DNA of 64,000 bases, from assembly GCA_965220965.1 (NCBI GenBank), contig OZ244852.1:192001-256000 (forward strand), read 5' to 3'. Below, in pieces: positions 19,921 to 30,501 of the stretch. The stretch comes from Candidatus Marinacidobacterium sp. (GTDB lineage: Bacteria; Acidobacteriota; Vicinamibacteria; Marinacidobacterales; Marinacidobacteraceae). Position 1 is the first letter of the stretch, and each line of letters opens with the position of its first letter. A program made the position numbers and the translations under genes. Below the pieces are notes generated by a model. That model had not been told where the DNA came from and searched no databases. It saw only the letters and a list, made by a program, of their open reading frames with translations.

Positions 19921-21630
19921 ATGAACTTCAGCACCCGGAACGAGACCTGGCGGAAGCTCATGAGCAACGGGCTCACCTACGAGGTCCCCCGCTTCCAGCG
20001 CGACTACAGCTGGAACGAAGAGCAGTGGGAGGATCTCTGGCAGGACATCCTCGCGACGGTTCGCGGCGACGCGCCGGCCCATTACCTTGGCTACCTGGTG
20101 CTGCGGTCCGAGGACGAGCGCCACTTCGAGATCATCGACGGGCAGCAGCGACTCACCACGCTGAGCGTTCTCGTGATCGCCGGGCTGCGCCAATTGACCG
20201 GGCTGCGAGCGGCGGCGGGGGACCCGACGAGCGTCGACCGGCGCCTTGAGACCTTGCGCCAGGGCTACCTCGGCTATGAGGACCCGGTGACGCTCGTCTC
20301 CGAGCCGAAACTGAAGCTGAACCGGAACAACGACGCCTACTACCGCAACCACCTGCTGCCCCTCTCGGACCCGCTCCCGAGGTACGGCTTCCGGGCCTCG
20401 GAACACCTGCTGCGGCGCGCGTGCGAGTGGTTCGAGTCGCGGCTTGGCGCATACCTCGACGGCGAACCGGATCCCGGAAAGGCGATCGCCGCCCTCGTGG
20501 ACCGCATGAGCGACCGGCTGTTCTTCACAGTCATCACCGTCACCGACGAGCTGAACGCCTACACCGTCTTCGAGACGCTGAACGCCCGGGGCGTGCGGCT
20601 CTCCGCGACCGATCTGCTCAAGAACTACCTCTTCGCCCGGCTTCATGGCGCGGGGCGACACGAAACCGAGATGAAGGCGCTCGAGGAGCGGTGGGACCGC
20701 ATCGTGGACCGGGTCGGCGAGGGGAGTCTGCCGGACTTCGCGCGCACCCACTGGATCAGCCGCCGTCCCCTCGTCCGCCGGTCCGACCTGTTCAAGGCCA
20801 TGCGCCAGGAGATCAGGGACGCGAGGGCGGTCTTTGCGCTCCTCGAAGGCATGGAGGGCGACCTCGACATCTGGCTGGCCCTCATGAAGCCCGATACCTA
20901 CGCGACGGAATGGACCGCCGAGCCCCGGCGCGACGCCGCGCTGCTGAGGATGTTCGGCGTGCGCCAGCCGCTTCCGTTGCTCCTCGCCGCCCACCGGCGC
21001 GTTCCCCGGGAAGCGTTCGACCGGCTTCTCCGCGCCATCGTCGTCCTCTCGTTCCGCTACAACGTCATCGGGAACGGCCAGACGAACGAACAGGAGCGGG
21101 CCTACTCCGCCGAAGCGCAGCGCATCGAGCGACGCGAACACCGGACGCTCGCGGACATTCTTCCAGGACTCTCCTCGGTCTACCCCGGTGACGAGGAGTT
21201 CCGGAACGCCTTCTCCACCAAGGTTCTCGGAACCAGGCAGTCGCGGAACCTGAGGATCGCCCGATATCTCCTCTCGGAGCTCGAACACCAGGAGTCCGGC
21301 GCCCGACCGGACTACGACGACCCCTCGATTTCGGTGGAACACGTGTGTCCGGTGGCGGGCGGCGAAGGGTGGGGGCACATCCCGGATCCGGACCTCGACT
21401 CGATGACGCAGCGACTGGGCAATCTGGTCCTCCTCTCCAGGGGACAGAACCGGACCCTTGGGAGCGCCGACTACGCGACGAAGCAGGCGGCGTATCGCGA
21501 GAGCGGATTTCGGACGACGATCCGGCTGGCCCAGGACCATGACGCCTGGACGCCGGATGCGATCGCGGCGCGCCAGCGTGCGATGGCCAGGACCGCCACC
21601 GCGGTCTGGCGCATTCCGCAGCTCGACTGA
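19921..21630 (+). CDS. DUF262-DUF1524 (GmrSD-type) modification-dependent nuclease
   Basis: PRFQRDYSW, IIDGQQR and FETLNARG (DUF262); SVEHVCP...RLGNLVLL....N (HNH/DUF1524). Confidence 0.9.
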   Translation: MNFSTRNETWRKLMSNGLTYEVPRFQRDYSWNEEQWEDLWQDILATVRGDAPAHYLGYLVLRSEDERHFEIIDGQQRLTTLSVLVIAGLRQLTGLRAAAGDPTSVDRRLETLRQGYLGYEDPVTLVSEPKLKLNRNNDAYYRNHLLPLSDPLPRYGFRASEHLLRRACEWFESRLGAYLDGEPDPGKAIAALVDRMSDRLFFTVITVTDELNAYTVFETLNARGVRLSATDLLKNYLFARLHGAGRHETEMKALEERWDRIVDRVGEGSLPDFARTHWISRRPLVRRSDLFKAMRQEIRDARAVFALLEGMEGDLDIWLALMKPDTYATEWTAEPRRDAALLRMFGVRQPLPLLLAAHRRVPREAFDRLLRAIVVLSFRYNVIGNGQTNEQERAYSAEAQRIERREHRTLADILPGLSSVYPGDEEFRNAFSTKVLGTRQSRNLRIARYLLSELEHQESGARPDYDDPSISVEHVCPVAGGEGWGHIPDPDLDSMTQRLGNLVLLSRGQNRTLGSADYATKQAAYRESGFRTTIRLAQDHDAWTPDAIAARQRAMARTATAVWRIPQLD

Positions 21631-21687
21631 TGGCGGAGTCGACCGGGCGCCCGGGCTGGTGAAACGCCGAGCCACGCGGCCTCGCTG

Positions 21688-22959
21688 ATGGACGGCTTCC
21701 GGTTCCTCCACGCCGCGGACATCCATCTGGACAGTCCGCTCCGGGGGCTCGACGGACACGAGCGCGAGATCGCCGAGCGGGTGCGCACGGCGCCGAGGGC
21801 GGCGTTCGAGAACCTGATCGCCCGGGCGATCTCGGCGCCGGTGGACTTCGTCGTGATCGCCGGAGACCTCTACGACGGCTCGTGGCGGGACTACCGGACC
21901 GGGCTGTTCTTCGCCGAGCAGATGGGCCGGCTGCGCGAGGCGGGGATCCCGGCGTTCCTGCTCTACGGGAACCACGACGCCGAGAGCGTCATCACGAAGC
22001 CGCTGTCCCTCCCGGACAACGTGCGCGTCTTCGGGTCCCGGAAGCCGGGAACCTTCACGCTCGACGAACCCGGCGTGGCGCTCCACGGCCAGAGCTTCCG
22101 GGAGAAGGCGGTCACCGACAACCTGGTCCCGGGGTATCCCTCCCCGAGAAAGGGGATGTTCAACATCGGCGTCCTCCACACCGGGCTCGGCGGCGGCTTC
22201 GGGCACGACAGCTACGCGCCCTGCAGCCTGCTCGACCTGACGTCGAAGGGCTACGACTACTGGGCGCTCGGGCACATCCACCAGCGACAGATCCTCCATC
22301 GGGATCCCTTCGTCGTCTTCCCCGGGAACCTCCAGGGCCGCCATGTCCAGGAGACCGGACCCAAGGGCGCTTTCCTCGTGACCGTGAGCGACGGCGCGGT
22401 CGCGGAGTGCGCACCGGTGGATTTCGATGTGGTGCGCTGGATGGACGTTCCGGTGGACGTGAAGGGCGCGGGGAGCCTGGACGAGGCGCTCGAATCCGTC
22501 GGGCGCGCGCTCGAGGCGGCGGCGACCGGGGCCGACGGACGGCTGCTCGTCGCCCGGGTGCGCCTCGAGGGGCGCTGCGCCGCCCACGGTCGCCTCGTCC
22601 GCGATCCGGAGCACGTGCTGAACGAGGCCCGGGCGCTCGCCCTCGGCCTCGCGGCGGACGCCGTCTGGGTCGAGCGGGTGGACATCCGGACCAGGCCGCC
22701 GATGGACGCCGCGTCGCTCCGCCAGCGTCAGGACGCGCTGGGCCAGCTCCAGCGCGCCCTCGACGACGCGCCGGGAGACGACGCCCTGCTGGAGCAGCTC
22801 CGCGAGGACGTGGGCAGGATGGCGGTGCGGTTGCCGCAGGACCTGAAGGATTCGCCCGGCGATGCGGCGCTCGAAGCGGCGGTGGCCGGGGACTTCGCCG
22901 GGCTGGCTCGCCGGGTCGCCCCGCAGGTGGTCGCGAGACTCGTCACCGGAGAGGACTGA
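21688..22959 (+). CDS. Mre11/SbcD-like metallophosphoesterase nuclease (YhaO family)
   Basis: ADIHLDSP, AGDLYD, GNHD, LHT, WALGHIH and PGNLQGR motifs. Confidence 0.92.
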   Translation: MDGFRFLHAADIHLDSPLRGLDGHEREIAERVRTAPRAAFENLIARAISAPVDFVVIAGDLYDGSWRDYRTGLFFAEQMGRLREAGIPAFLLYGNHDAESVITKPLSLPDNVRVFGSRKPGTFTLDEPGVALHGQSFREKAVTDNLVPGYPSPRKGMFNIGVLHTGLGGGFGHDSYAPCSLLDLTSKGYDYWALGHIHQRQILHRDPFVVFPGNLQGRHVQETGPKGAFLVTVSDGAVAECAPVDFDVVRWMDVPVDVKGAGSLDEALESVGRALEAAATGADGRLLVARVRLEGRCAAHGRLVRDPEHVLNEARALALGLAADAVWVERVDIRTRPPMDAASLRQRQDALGQLQRALDDAPGDDALLEQLREDVGRMAVRLPQDLKDSPGDAALEAAVAGDFAGLARRVAPQVVARLVTGED

Positions 22960-22962
22960 CCG

Positions 22963-25900
22963 GTGCGGTTCCGGCGCTTCGACCTGGTCCGCTTCGGCCA
23001 CTTCACCGGAGCAACGCTCGATCTGCCGCCCGGGAATCCCGACTTCCATCTGCTTCTCGGCGCGAACGAAGCGGGCAAGACGACCGTGATGCGGGCGGTG
23101 GAGGACCTGCTCTTCGGCTTCCCGGTCCGCACTCCCTACGACTTCCTGCATCCCTACGCGGAGCTTCGCCTTGGCGCGGTGGTCGAGGAGGAGGGAGAGC
23201 AGCTCGAGTTCCTGCGGCGCAAGGGGAGCAAGGACACCGTGCTGGATGCGGAAGGCGCTCCGTTTCCCCGGGGGGAGCGACGGCTCGCGACCTACCTCGG
23301 GGGAGCGGACCGCGACTTCTTCGGACGGATGTTCAACCTCGGCCACGAGCGGCTGGCCCGGGGCGGGCGGGAGATCCTCCAGAGCCACGGGGAGGTGGGC
23401 AAGACCCTCTTTTCGGCGGGTTCCGGCCTGCTCGAGCTGCGGAAGGAAGCCCGACGGCTCGATGAGGAGGCGGAAACGCTGTGGGGGCCGCGGAAGAAGC
23501 GGACGCGCCGCTACACCCAGGCCAGGGACCGGTTCGACACCACGAAGCGTTCGCTCCTGGACACCATCCGACGACCGCAGGAATGGAAGGAGCTTCACCG
23601 GAGAGTGGAGACCTCGGAGGCCGAAGTCGCGAGGCTCCGGGGCGAGGCCGCCGAACGCTCGCGGGAGCAGCGGGTCGCCAGCCGCATCCGCCGCGTCCAC
23701 CCATCGGTTCGGCGGCGCGTCGAACTGGAGGCCTGTCTCGCCGAAGTCGGAGATGTCGCGCTGCTGCCCGAGGACGCGGCGGAGCGCCTCCGGCAGGCGC
23801 AGGCCAGCCGGCGCGAGGGGAACGCGCAGGTGAGCGTGCTCGAGGAACAGCTCGCCACGAAGCGGAAGGAGGCCGACGGCCTCGGGCGCGACGACGAGGT
23901 CATGGCGCGGAGCGAGGGAATCGGGCGCCTTCTGGAAACGCAGAGTCAGGTCAGCGGGATGCGCGCCGACCTCCCGACCCGTCGGGCCGAATGGAAGACC
24001 GCCGGCGAGGAGCTCCTGCGGCAGGCGGCGGAACTCGGGTGGCCCGTTGCGGATCCGGACGCGCTCGCCGGGCGCGTCCCTTCGCGCGCCGATGTCGATC
24101 GGGCGCGCCGCCTCCGCGAGAAGCGGGGAAGCCTCGAGGAGGCGCTTCGGGCCCGGCGGGAAAACCTCGACACCGCCCGCCGTCGGCTGCGGGAGCAGGA
24201 GGCGGGCCTCGCCGGGGGCGGAACCGACGTGGACGCCGAGCGGCTCGCCGAGGTCCTTGCGGCTCACCCGGAGGCGTCGGACCTCGACGCGCGGCTCCGG
24301 CACCTCGAGGAGAAGCTGGGCGATGCCCAGGATCGGGCGGACGAGCTGCTGCCGGGACTTCATCCGGCGCCGCCCGAGGTCCGGGAGCTGGCCGACCTTC
24401 CCGTTCCCCCCAGGCCGACGGTCCGGGAGGCCGGCGAACGGATGCGCGACCTCCGGAACCGGTGCGACGAACTGGAGCGCAGCCTCGCCGTCCAGCGTGG
24501 AGAACTCACCCGGGCGCGGGCCGAGCGGGATCGCCAGGTTCGGGAGGAGGATGCGCCGCCCCGGGAAGCGCTGATCGAGGCCCGGCGCGTCCGGGACGAC
24601 CTCTGGGCCCGGATCCGAAGCCGCCTCGCGGGAGAGCCAGCCGCGGACGAAGAGGATCCGTCGGCGGACTTCGAGGCGGCGGTGCGGACCGCGGACGAGG
24701 CGGCGGACCGGCGGTTCGACCGGGCCGAGGCGGCTGGCCGGCTCGCCGAACTGGATCGGGTGATCCTGGGGCTGGAGGCGGACATCGCGCAGAACGAGGC
24801 AGCGCTCCGGTCGTGCGCCGCGGAGCAGGAGGAGGTCTCGGCGAGGTGGCGGGAGCTCTGGTCGGCGAGCGGCGTCGCGCCGGACTCTCCCGAGGCGATG
24901 CTGGCGTGGCTCGACCGCCGGGACCAGGTCGTTCTCGCGCAGCGGGAGGTCCGCCGTGCGCGGCGCCAGGTGGAGGCCGGTCGCGCCGAAGAGGAGCGCG
25001 CCCGGGAGGACCTTCTGGGAGCGCTGGGCGCAGCCGGGGTTCCGCCGGCGGATTTCCGGAAGCGCCGTATCTCCGCGCTGCTGCGCAAGGCGCAGGAGCT
25101 CGAGCGCGAGTCAAGCGCGACCGCCAGCGACCGCGCGGCCGCCGGCCGGACCCGGTCCGAGCTCGCCGGGCTTCGGGCGCGGGTGGACGCCGCCGAAGCG
25201 GACTGGAAGGCGTGGGAGGAGGCGTGGGACGCCGCGATCCGGGGTCTCGGCCTCGATCCAGGGACGCCCCGCGAGACGCTCCACGAACAGCTCGACCGGT
25301 TCGATGCGATGCGGCAGACCGCGGAGACGATGCGCAACCTGCAGGAACGCCGTATCGGGGCGATGGAGCGGGACATCCGCCGCTTCGAGTCAGCGGTCCT
25401 CGAGTTCGCCGGGTTCGACGCGTCGCTCGACGGCCTCCCCCCCGACGAAGCGGTGACCCGGCTCGGGCGGCGCCTCGAGGCGGCGCGCCGGGACCGCAAG
25501 GAGCGCGCCCGGCTGGAGGAGGAGGTGGCCAGCCTCCGGGCTTCGCTCGCCGAGCGGCAGAAGGCGCTCTCGGAGACCGAGGCGTCGCTCACTCCGCTCC
25601 GGGAGGCCGCCGGGACCGCCAACGGGGATGAGGAGGGTCTGGAGGCCGCAGTCCGGCGCTCCGACGAGCGGCGCAACCTCGAACGCGAGCTCGCCGAGGT
25701 GCGCGAGCGCCTCGACCGCGACGGGGATGGCCTCACCTTCGAGGAGCTCCAGGCCGAGTGCGGCGGGACGGATCCGGAGGAGGCGCGCGCCCGGGAAGAG
25801 GCGGCGTCCGCCGCCCACGATGCGGTCCAGGCGGATCTGCAGCAGGCGGTGACGGAGGCCGCTGAGGCGAAGAGCGCGCTTCGGGCGTTCCACGGCGACG

Positions 25901-26466
25901 CGGCGGCGGCCCGCCTCGCCGCCGAGCGGGAGGAGGCCCTCCAGGGAATGCGCGCCGCGGCGGCCCGCTACGCCGAGGTCCGGACCGCCCAGTTGCTGCT
26001 GCGATGGGCGCTCGAGCGGTTCCGCCGACAGAACCAGGAGCCGTTGCTGCGGCGGGCCGGCGAGCTGTTCCGAACGCTCACCGACGGGTCCTTCGCGCGG
26101 CTCGAGGTCGGGTTCGACGACCGGGACGAGCTGCGTCTCGACGCGGTCCGGGCGGACGACCGTGCGATCCCGGTGACCGGCCTCAGCAGCGGGACCGAGG
26201 ACCAGTTGTTCCTCGCGCTGCGCGTGGCCGCGATCGAGGACTACCTCGAGCGGGGCGGCGCGCTGCCCTTCATCGCGGACGACCTGTTCATCAACTTCGA
26301 CGACCGCCGGTCGGCCGCTGGTTTCCGGGTGCTCGGAAGGCTCGCGAAGAAGACGCAGGTTCTGTTCTTCACGCACCACGAGCACCTGCTGCCGGTGGCG
26401 CGCCGGGCGCTTCGTCATAAGGTCGCCGTCCTGCGTCTCGACGGCGCCGCCCAGGAATCGGCGTGA
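22963..26466 (+). CDS. Rad50/SbcC-like coiled-coil ATPase (YhaN/AAA_27 family)
   Basis: Walker A GANEAGKT, long coiled coil, signature LSSGT, Walker B/D-loop IADDLFINFDD, FTHH. Confidence 0.9.
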   Translation: MRFRRFDLVRFGHFTGATLDLPPGNPDFHLLLGANEAGKTTVMRAVEDLLFGFPVRTPYDFLHPYAELRLGAVVEEEGEQLEFLRRKGSKDTVLDAEGAPFPRGERRLATYLGGADRDFFGRMFNLGHERLARGGREILQSHGEVGKTLFSAGSGLLELRKEARRLDEEAETLWGPRKKRTRRYTQARDRFDTTKRSLLDTIRRPQEWKELHRRVETSEAEVARLRGEAAERSREQRVASRIRRVHPSVRRRVELEACLAEVGDVALLPEDAAERLRQAQASRREGNAQVSVLEEQLATKRKEADGLGRDDEVMARSEGIGRLLETQSQVSGMRADLPTRRAEWKTAGEELLRQAAELGWPVADPDALAGRVPSRADVDRARRLREKRGSLEEALRARRENLDTARRRLREQEAGLAGGGTDVDAERLAEVLAAHPEASDLDARLRHLEEKLGDAQDRADELLPGLHPAPPEVRELADLPVPPRPTVREAGERMRDLRNRCDELERSLAVQRGELTRARAERDRQVREEDAPPREALIEARRVRDDLWARIRSRLAGEPAADEEDPSADFEAAVRTADEAADRRFDRAEAAGRLAELDRVILGLEADIAQNEAALRSCAAEQEEVSARWRELWSASGVAPDSPEAMLAWLDRRDQVVLAQREVRRARRQVEAGRAEEERAREDLLGALGAAGVPPADFRKRRISALLRKAQELERESSATASDRAAAGRTRSELAGLRARVDAAEADWKAWEEAWDAAIRGLGLDPGTPRETLHEQLDRFDAMRQTAETMRNLQERRIGAMERDIRRFESAVLEFAGFDASLDGLPPDEAVTRLGRRLEAARRDRKERARLEEEVASLRASLAERQKALSETEASLTPLREAAGTANGDEEGLEAAVRRSDERRNLERELAEVRERLDRDGDGLTFEELQAECGGTDPEEARAREEAASAAHDAVQADLQQAVTEAAEAKSALRAFHGDAAAARLAAEREEALQGMRAAAARYAEVRTAQLLLRWALERFRRQNQEPLLRRAGELFRTLTDGSFARLEVGFDDRDELRLDAVRADDRAIPVTGLSSGTEDQLFLALRVAAIEDYLERGGALPFIADDLFINFDDRRSAAGFRVLGRLAKKTQVLFFTHHEHLLPVARRALRHKVAVLRLDGAAQESA

Positions 26467-26483
26467 GCCCGGGAGGACCCATC

Positions 26484-27830
26484 ATGGATCGAACGACTGC
26501 GCGTCAGCCCCGCCATCGCGGCTGGACCCTGACGCTGGCCGCCTGTGCGGTCGCCGCGACCGCCTCCGCCGCACAGCCGCCCCGGCTCGCCCTCGTCGGG
26601 GGCATGCTGCTCGACGGGTATCAGGTTCCCCCGATCCACCACGCCGCGGTCCTCATCGAAGGCGACCGCATCGTGGCGGTCGGCCGGGCCTCCGATGTCG
26701 AGATCCCGCCGGGGACCGAGATCCTCGACACCCGGGGGCGGGTCATGCTGCCCGGGCTGATCGACCTCCACGCGCACCTGGCGGTGCTCGGCCACGGCGA
26801 GTACGGCCGCTGGTTCTCATGGCTCGAGCAGGAGGACGTGGACATCCGGGAGGTCATGCACATCTCGGCGCGGCAGCTCCTGCTCGCCGGCGTGACCACC
26901 GCGGTCGACCTGGGCGCTCCGCTCGAGGCGAGCCTCGCGGTGCGCGACCGGATCGCGAGCGGCGAGGTCCCGGGAGCCCGGCTGCTCATGGCCGGTCCCT
27001 GGATCACCCGGCGGGTGAGCTTCTGGCCGGAGAACTACCAGATCGGGGTGTCCTCACCCGAAGAGGCGTCGGCCGCGGTCGAACGGCTCGCCGATGCGGG
27101 GGTCGATGTCATCAAGGCGTGGGTGGGGCTCACCCGCGAGGACTACCGGGCGATCGCCGACACCGCGAACGAGCGCGGGCTGCGGGTCCACGCCCACGTC
27201 TACGGCCCCGAGGAGGTCCGGAACGCGCTCGAGACCGGGATCCACGTCCTGACGCACGCCGGATCGGCCGGGACGCCGCCCTACGAGCCCGAACTTCTCC
27301 GGGACATCGTGGTTGCGGGGAGGCCGGTCGTCATCACCGGGGCGCACCGCGTCTGGGTGTTTCCGGCGACGGTGGCGTTTCCCGAGCGGCTCCAGGACCC
27401 GAGGCTGCGCGACGATCTGCCGGTCGCGATGTACGAGGAACTCCAGCGCAGCTTCGTGGACTTCCACCGCCTCCCCTACTTCCGGACGACGGATCGGCAG
27501 ATGTTCTTTGGGGACGCCTCGCTCGGGCAGTGGATCGAAGCGGGCGCGGTCATGGGGATGGGGACCGACTCGGGCACCCCGCTGAACTTCCATACCGAGG
27601 CGCTCTGGCGGGAGATCAAGGCCCACGTGGACCTCGGGATGCGTCCGCTCGACGCGATCGCCGCCGCCACCCGGATCAACGCCCGCATCCTGGGCAGGAG
27701 CGATCTCGGCACGGTCGAGCCCGGCAAGCTCGCCGACATCCTCGTCGTGGACGGCGATCCCCGCTTCGACATCACCGCCCTCGCCCGGCCCGTCGTCGTC
27801 GTCAAGGACGGCCGTCCGCACCGCCGCTGA
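26484..27830 (+). CDS. Exported amidohydrolase family protein
   Basis: GGAGG RBS before ATG 26484; signal peptide; PGLIDLHAH, VIK, HAH, GTDSG and GK.AD motifs. Confidence 0.88.
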   Translation: MDRTTARQPRHRGWTLTLAACAVAATASAAQPPRLALVGGMLLDGYQVPPIHHAAVLIEGDRIVAVGRASDVEIPPGTEILDTRGRVMLPGLIDLHAHLAVLGHGEYGRWFSWLEQEDVDIREVMHISARQLLLAGVTTAVDLGAPLEASLAVRDRIASGEVPGARLLMAGPWITRRVSFWPENYQIGVSSPEEASAAVERLADAGVDVIKAWVGLTREDYRAIADTANERGLRVHAHVYGPEEVRNALETGIHVLTHAGSAGTPPYEPELLRDIVVAGRPVVITGAHRVWVFPATVAFPERLQDPRLRDDLPVAMYEELQRSFVDFHRLPYFRTTDRQMFFGDASLGQWIEAGAVMGMGTDSGTPLNFHTEALWREIKAHVDLGMRPLDAIAAATRINARILGRSDLGTVEPGKLADILVVDGDPRFDITALARPVVVVKDGRPHRR

Positions 27831-27882
27831 CCGCCTCGGGACTCGGTCCGGGGCGCGCGCGGACCGATACGATTCCGCGGCC

Positions 27883-28356
27883 ATGAAACGGACCATCGGC
27901 TGGCGCGAGTGGGTCGTGCTCCCGTCGCTCCACCCGGATCCCATCAGGGCGAAGATCGACACGGGCGCCCGGACATCGGCGCTTCATGCCGCGCGGATCC
28001 GGCCGCTGCGCGTGGATGGCGCCGAGTGCGTGGAGTTCGAGCTTGACCGGCGCGATCTGCCGAGCGCCTCCGAGCCCTTCCGGGCGCCGCTGAAGGAGCG
28101 GCGGGTCGTCCGGAATTCCGGCGGTCAGGCCGAAGAGCGCTATCTGATCGAGACCCTTCTGCGCCTCGGGGACATCGAGTGGCCGGTCGAGCTGACCCTC
28201 ACCGCCCGCCACGGGATGAACCTTCCCATGCTGATCGGGCGCACCGCCATCCGGCGGCGCTTCCTCGTGGACCCCGGCCGGTCCTACCTGATGTCCGGCG
28301 ACCGGACGCGAAGCGCCTCCGAACGAACCGACCTCAAGCGCAGGCAAGCACCGTGA
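27883..28356 (+). CDS. RimK-associated retropepsin-like protease (RimB / 'ATP-dependent zinc protease' family)
   Basis: [20 protein letters not shown] and MLIGR motifs; coupled to rimK. Confidence 0.88.
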   Translation: MKRTIGWREWVVLPSLHPDPIRAKIDTGARTSALHAARIRPLRVDGAECVEFELDRRDLPSASEPFRAPLKERRVVRNSGGQAEERYLIETLLRLGDIEWPVELTLTARHGMNLPMLIGRTAIRRRFLVDPGRSYLMSGDRTRSASERTDLKRRQAP

Positions 28357-29258
28357 ACATCGTCATCCTGTCCCGCAACCGCAAGCTCTACTCCACGCGC
28401 AGACTCCAGGAGGCGGCCGAAGCGCGGGGCCACGATTCGCAGGTCATCGACACGCTTCGCTGTTACATGAACATGGCGACGGCCAAGCCCTCCATCCGTT
28501 ACCGCGGGGAGCCTCTGCCGGCGGTCGACGCGGTGATTCCCCGGATCGGCGCATCCATCACCTTCTACGGGACCGCTGTCGTGCGCCAGTTCGAGATGAT
28601 GGGGGTCTACGCGGTCAACGAATCGGTGGCGATCGCGCGCTCCCGCGACAAGCTGCGCTCGATGCAGCTCCTCGCGCGCCGCGACATCGGGATGCCGGTC
28701 ACCGGTTTCGCGCACACGACCGACGACATCCCCGGGCTCATCGACATGGTCGGAGGCGCGCCGCTGGTGGTGAAGCTGCTCGAGGGAACCCAGGGTGTGG
28801 GCGTTGTGCTCTGCGAGACCCGCAAGGCGGCGGAGAGCGTGATCGAGGCCTTCTTCGGCATCGACGTCAACATCATGGTTCAGGAGTACATCGAGGAGGC
28901 CGGGGGCGCCGATGTGCGCTGCTTCGTCATTGGCGACAAGGTTGTCGCCGCGATGCGCCGGCAGGCGGCGCCCGGTGAGTTCCGCTCCAACCTGCACCGC
29001 GGCGGCAAGGCGCACGCGGCGAAGATCTCGCCAGCCGAGAGGCGGACGGCGGTGGCGGCGGCGAGGACGATGGGACTCAACGTGGCGGGAGTGGACCTCA
29101 TCCGGTCGAATCACGGACCGCTCGTTCTGGAGGTCAACAGCTCCCCCGGTCTCGAGGGCATCGAAGAGGCGTCGGGCGTTGATGTGGCGGATCGGGTCAT
29201 CGCCTTCATCGAACGCAACGCCCGCCAGGGAAGGACGCGCACCCGTGGCGCCGGCTGA
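28353..29258 (+). CDS. rimK: ATP-grasp alpha-L-glutamate ligase RimK
   Basis: [39 protein letters not shown] and [12 protein letters not shown]; GTG start 28353. Confidence 0.95.
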   Translation: MNIVILSRNRKLYSTRRLQEAAEARGHDSQVIDTLRCYMNMATAKPSIRYRGEPLPAVDAVIPRIGASITFYGTAVVRQFEMMGVYAVNESVAIARSRDKLRSMQLLARRDIGMPVTGFAHTTDDIPGLIDMVGGAPLVVKLLEGTQGVGVVLCETRKAAESVIEAFFGIDVNIMVQEYIEEAGGADVRCFVIGDKVVAAMRRQAAPGEFRSNLHRGGKAHAAKISPAERRTAVAAARTMGLNVAGVDLIRSNHGPLVLEVNSSPGLEGIEEASGVDVADRVIAFIERNARQGRTRTRGAG

Positions 29259-30375
29259 CCCGGAGACGCGCGCCGATGCGCCGGCGCCCGCAGGCGGCGC
29301 GAAGCGGAAGCCGCGCAGGGTCAGCACCCTGCAGCAGCCGTTCGAGATCGCCGGCCGGCGGGTGCGGCGCGGCGAGAGACTGCAGTTCGAGCTGCCGATG
29401 GCGCAGCTCTACACCCGGACGCCGCTCGACCTGACCGTCGAGGTGATCCACGGCCGCTGGCAGGGTCCGACGCTTCTGGTCTCGGCGGGGATCCATGGCG
29501 ACGAGCTGAACGGGATCGAAATCATCCGGCGACTGAGAACGCTCGCCAGCCTCGATCGCCTCTACGGCACGCTCGTGCTGGTCCCCCTCGTGAACCTGTT
29601 CGGGTTCCTGAACAAGACTCGGTACCTGCCGGACCGCCGCGACCTGAACCGAAGTTTCCCGGGAAGCGAGGCGGGTTCCCTGGCGTCGCGCATCGCGAAC
29701 GTGTTCTTCGGCTCTGTCGTGAAGCGATGCACCCACGTCATCGACCTCCACACCGGGGCGGTGCACCGCGACAACCTGCCGCAGATCCGCGCTTCGCTGG
29801 ATCAGCCCGGGGTGGAGGCAATGGCGCGCGCCTTCTCGATTCCGGTCATCGTCAACTCGGGGCTCCTGGACAGGAGTCTGCGTCTCGAAGCGGGGAAGCA
29901 GGGCATCCCGGCGATCGTCTACGAGGCCGGAGAAGCCCTCCGCCTCGACGAGAGATCGGTGGTCGCCGGGGTTCGCGGCGTCGTGAACGTGATGCGCGGA
30001 CTCGACATGCTTCCGGCGCGCCGGGCGCGCAAGGACCAGCGCGAGCCGTATGTGGCGAACTCCACCCGTTGGATCCGGGCGCCAGGGGACGGCCTGTTCC
30101 GCCCGCTCGTGGACCTCGGCGCCAGGGTGCGCCGCGGTGACGCCCTCGGTACGGTGTCCGCTCCGTTCTCGTCCGACGACGAGGTCATCCCCGCGCCGTT
30201 CGAAGGCATCGTCATCGGCATCAACCGCCTGCCTCCGGTGAACGAGGGCGAGGCCCTCTTCCACCTTGCCCGCTTCGGTGAAGTGACCGCGGTTGAGGAG
30301 GAGATCGTCTCCCACGAGAACGTGATCGAGGCGGATCCGCTCTACGCCATCGAGTCCATCGACGAGCTCGCGTGA
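29245..30375 (+). CDS. Succinylglutamate desuccinylase/aspartoacylase family protein
   Basis: [22 protein letters not shown] and YEAGE motifs; start uncertain. Confidence 0.9.
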   Translation: MAPADPETRADAPAPAGGAKRKPRRVSTLQQPFEIAGRRVRRGERLQFELPMAQLYTRTPLDLTVEVIHGRWQGPTLLVSAGIHGDELNGIEIIRRLRTLASLDRLYGTLVLVPLVNLFGFLNKTRYLPDRRDLNRSFPGSEAGSLASRIANVFFGSVVKRCTHVIDLHTGAVHRDNLPQIRASLDQPGVEAMARAFSIPVIVNSGLLDRSLRLEAGKQGIPAIVYEAGEALRLDERSVVAGVRGVVNVMRGLDMLPARRARKDQREPYVANSTRWIRAPGDGLFRPLVDLGARVRRGDALGTVSAPFSSDDEVIPAPFEGIVIGINRLPPVNEGEALFHLARFGEVTAVEEEIVSHENVIEADPLYAIESIDELA

Positions 30376-30501
30376 CCGTGTCCGGGGTGGTGGCGAGGCG
30401 TCGCGGGCCAGGGACACGCCAGCGCCTCCGGTGAGTTCCCCGAGCCGTCCTTGAAGCGGGAAGGGCGGTGCTGAGACCATCCCGCTTCTGGAGGATTCCC
30501 C

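Noticed and set aside
19912-24363. Very long antisense or alternate-frame ORFs (e.g. 1483 aa here; also 5425..8244, 9573..12272, 15981..18626)
   Set aside because: Shadows of real genes in high-GC DNA; Arg/Pro/Gly-rich and without motifs
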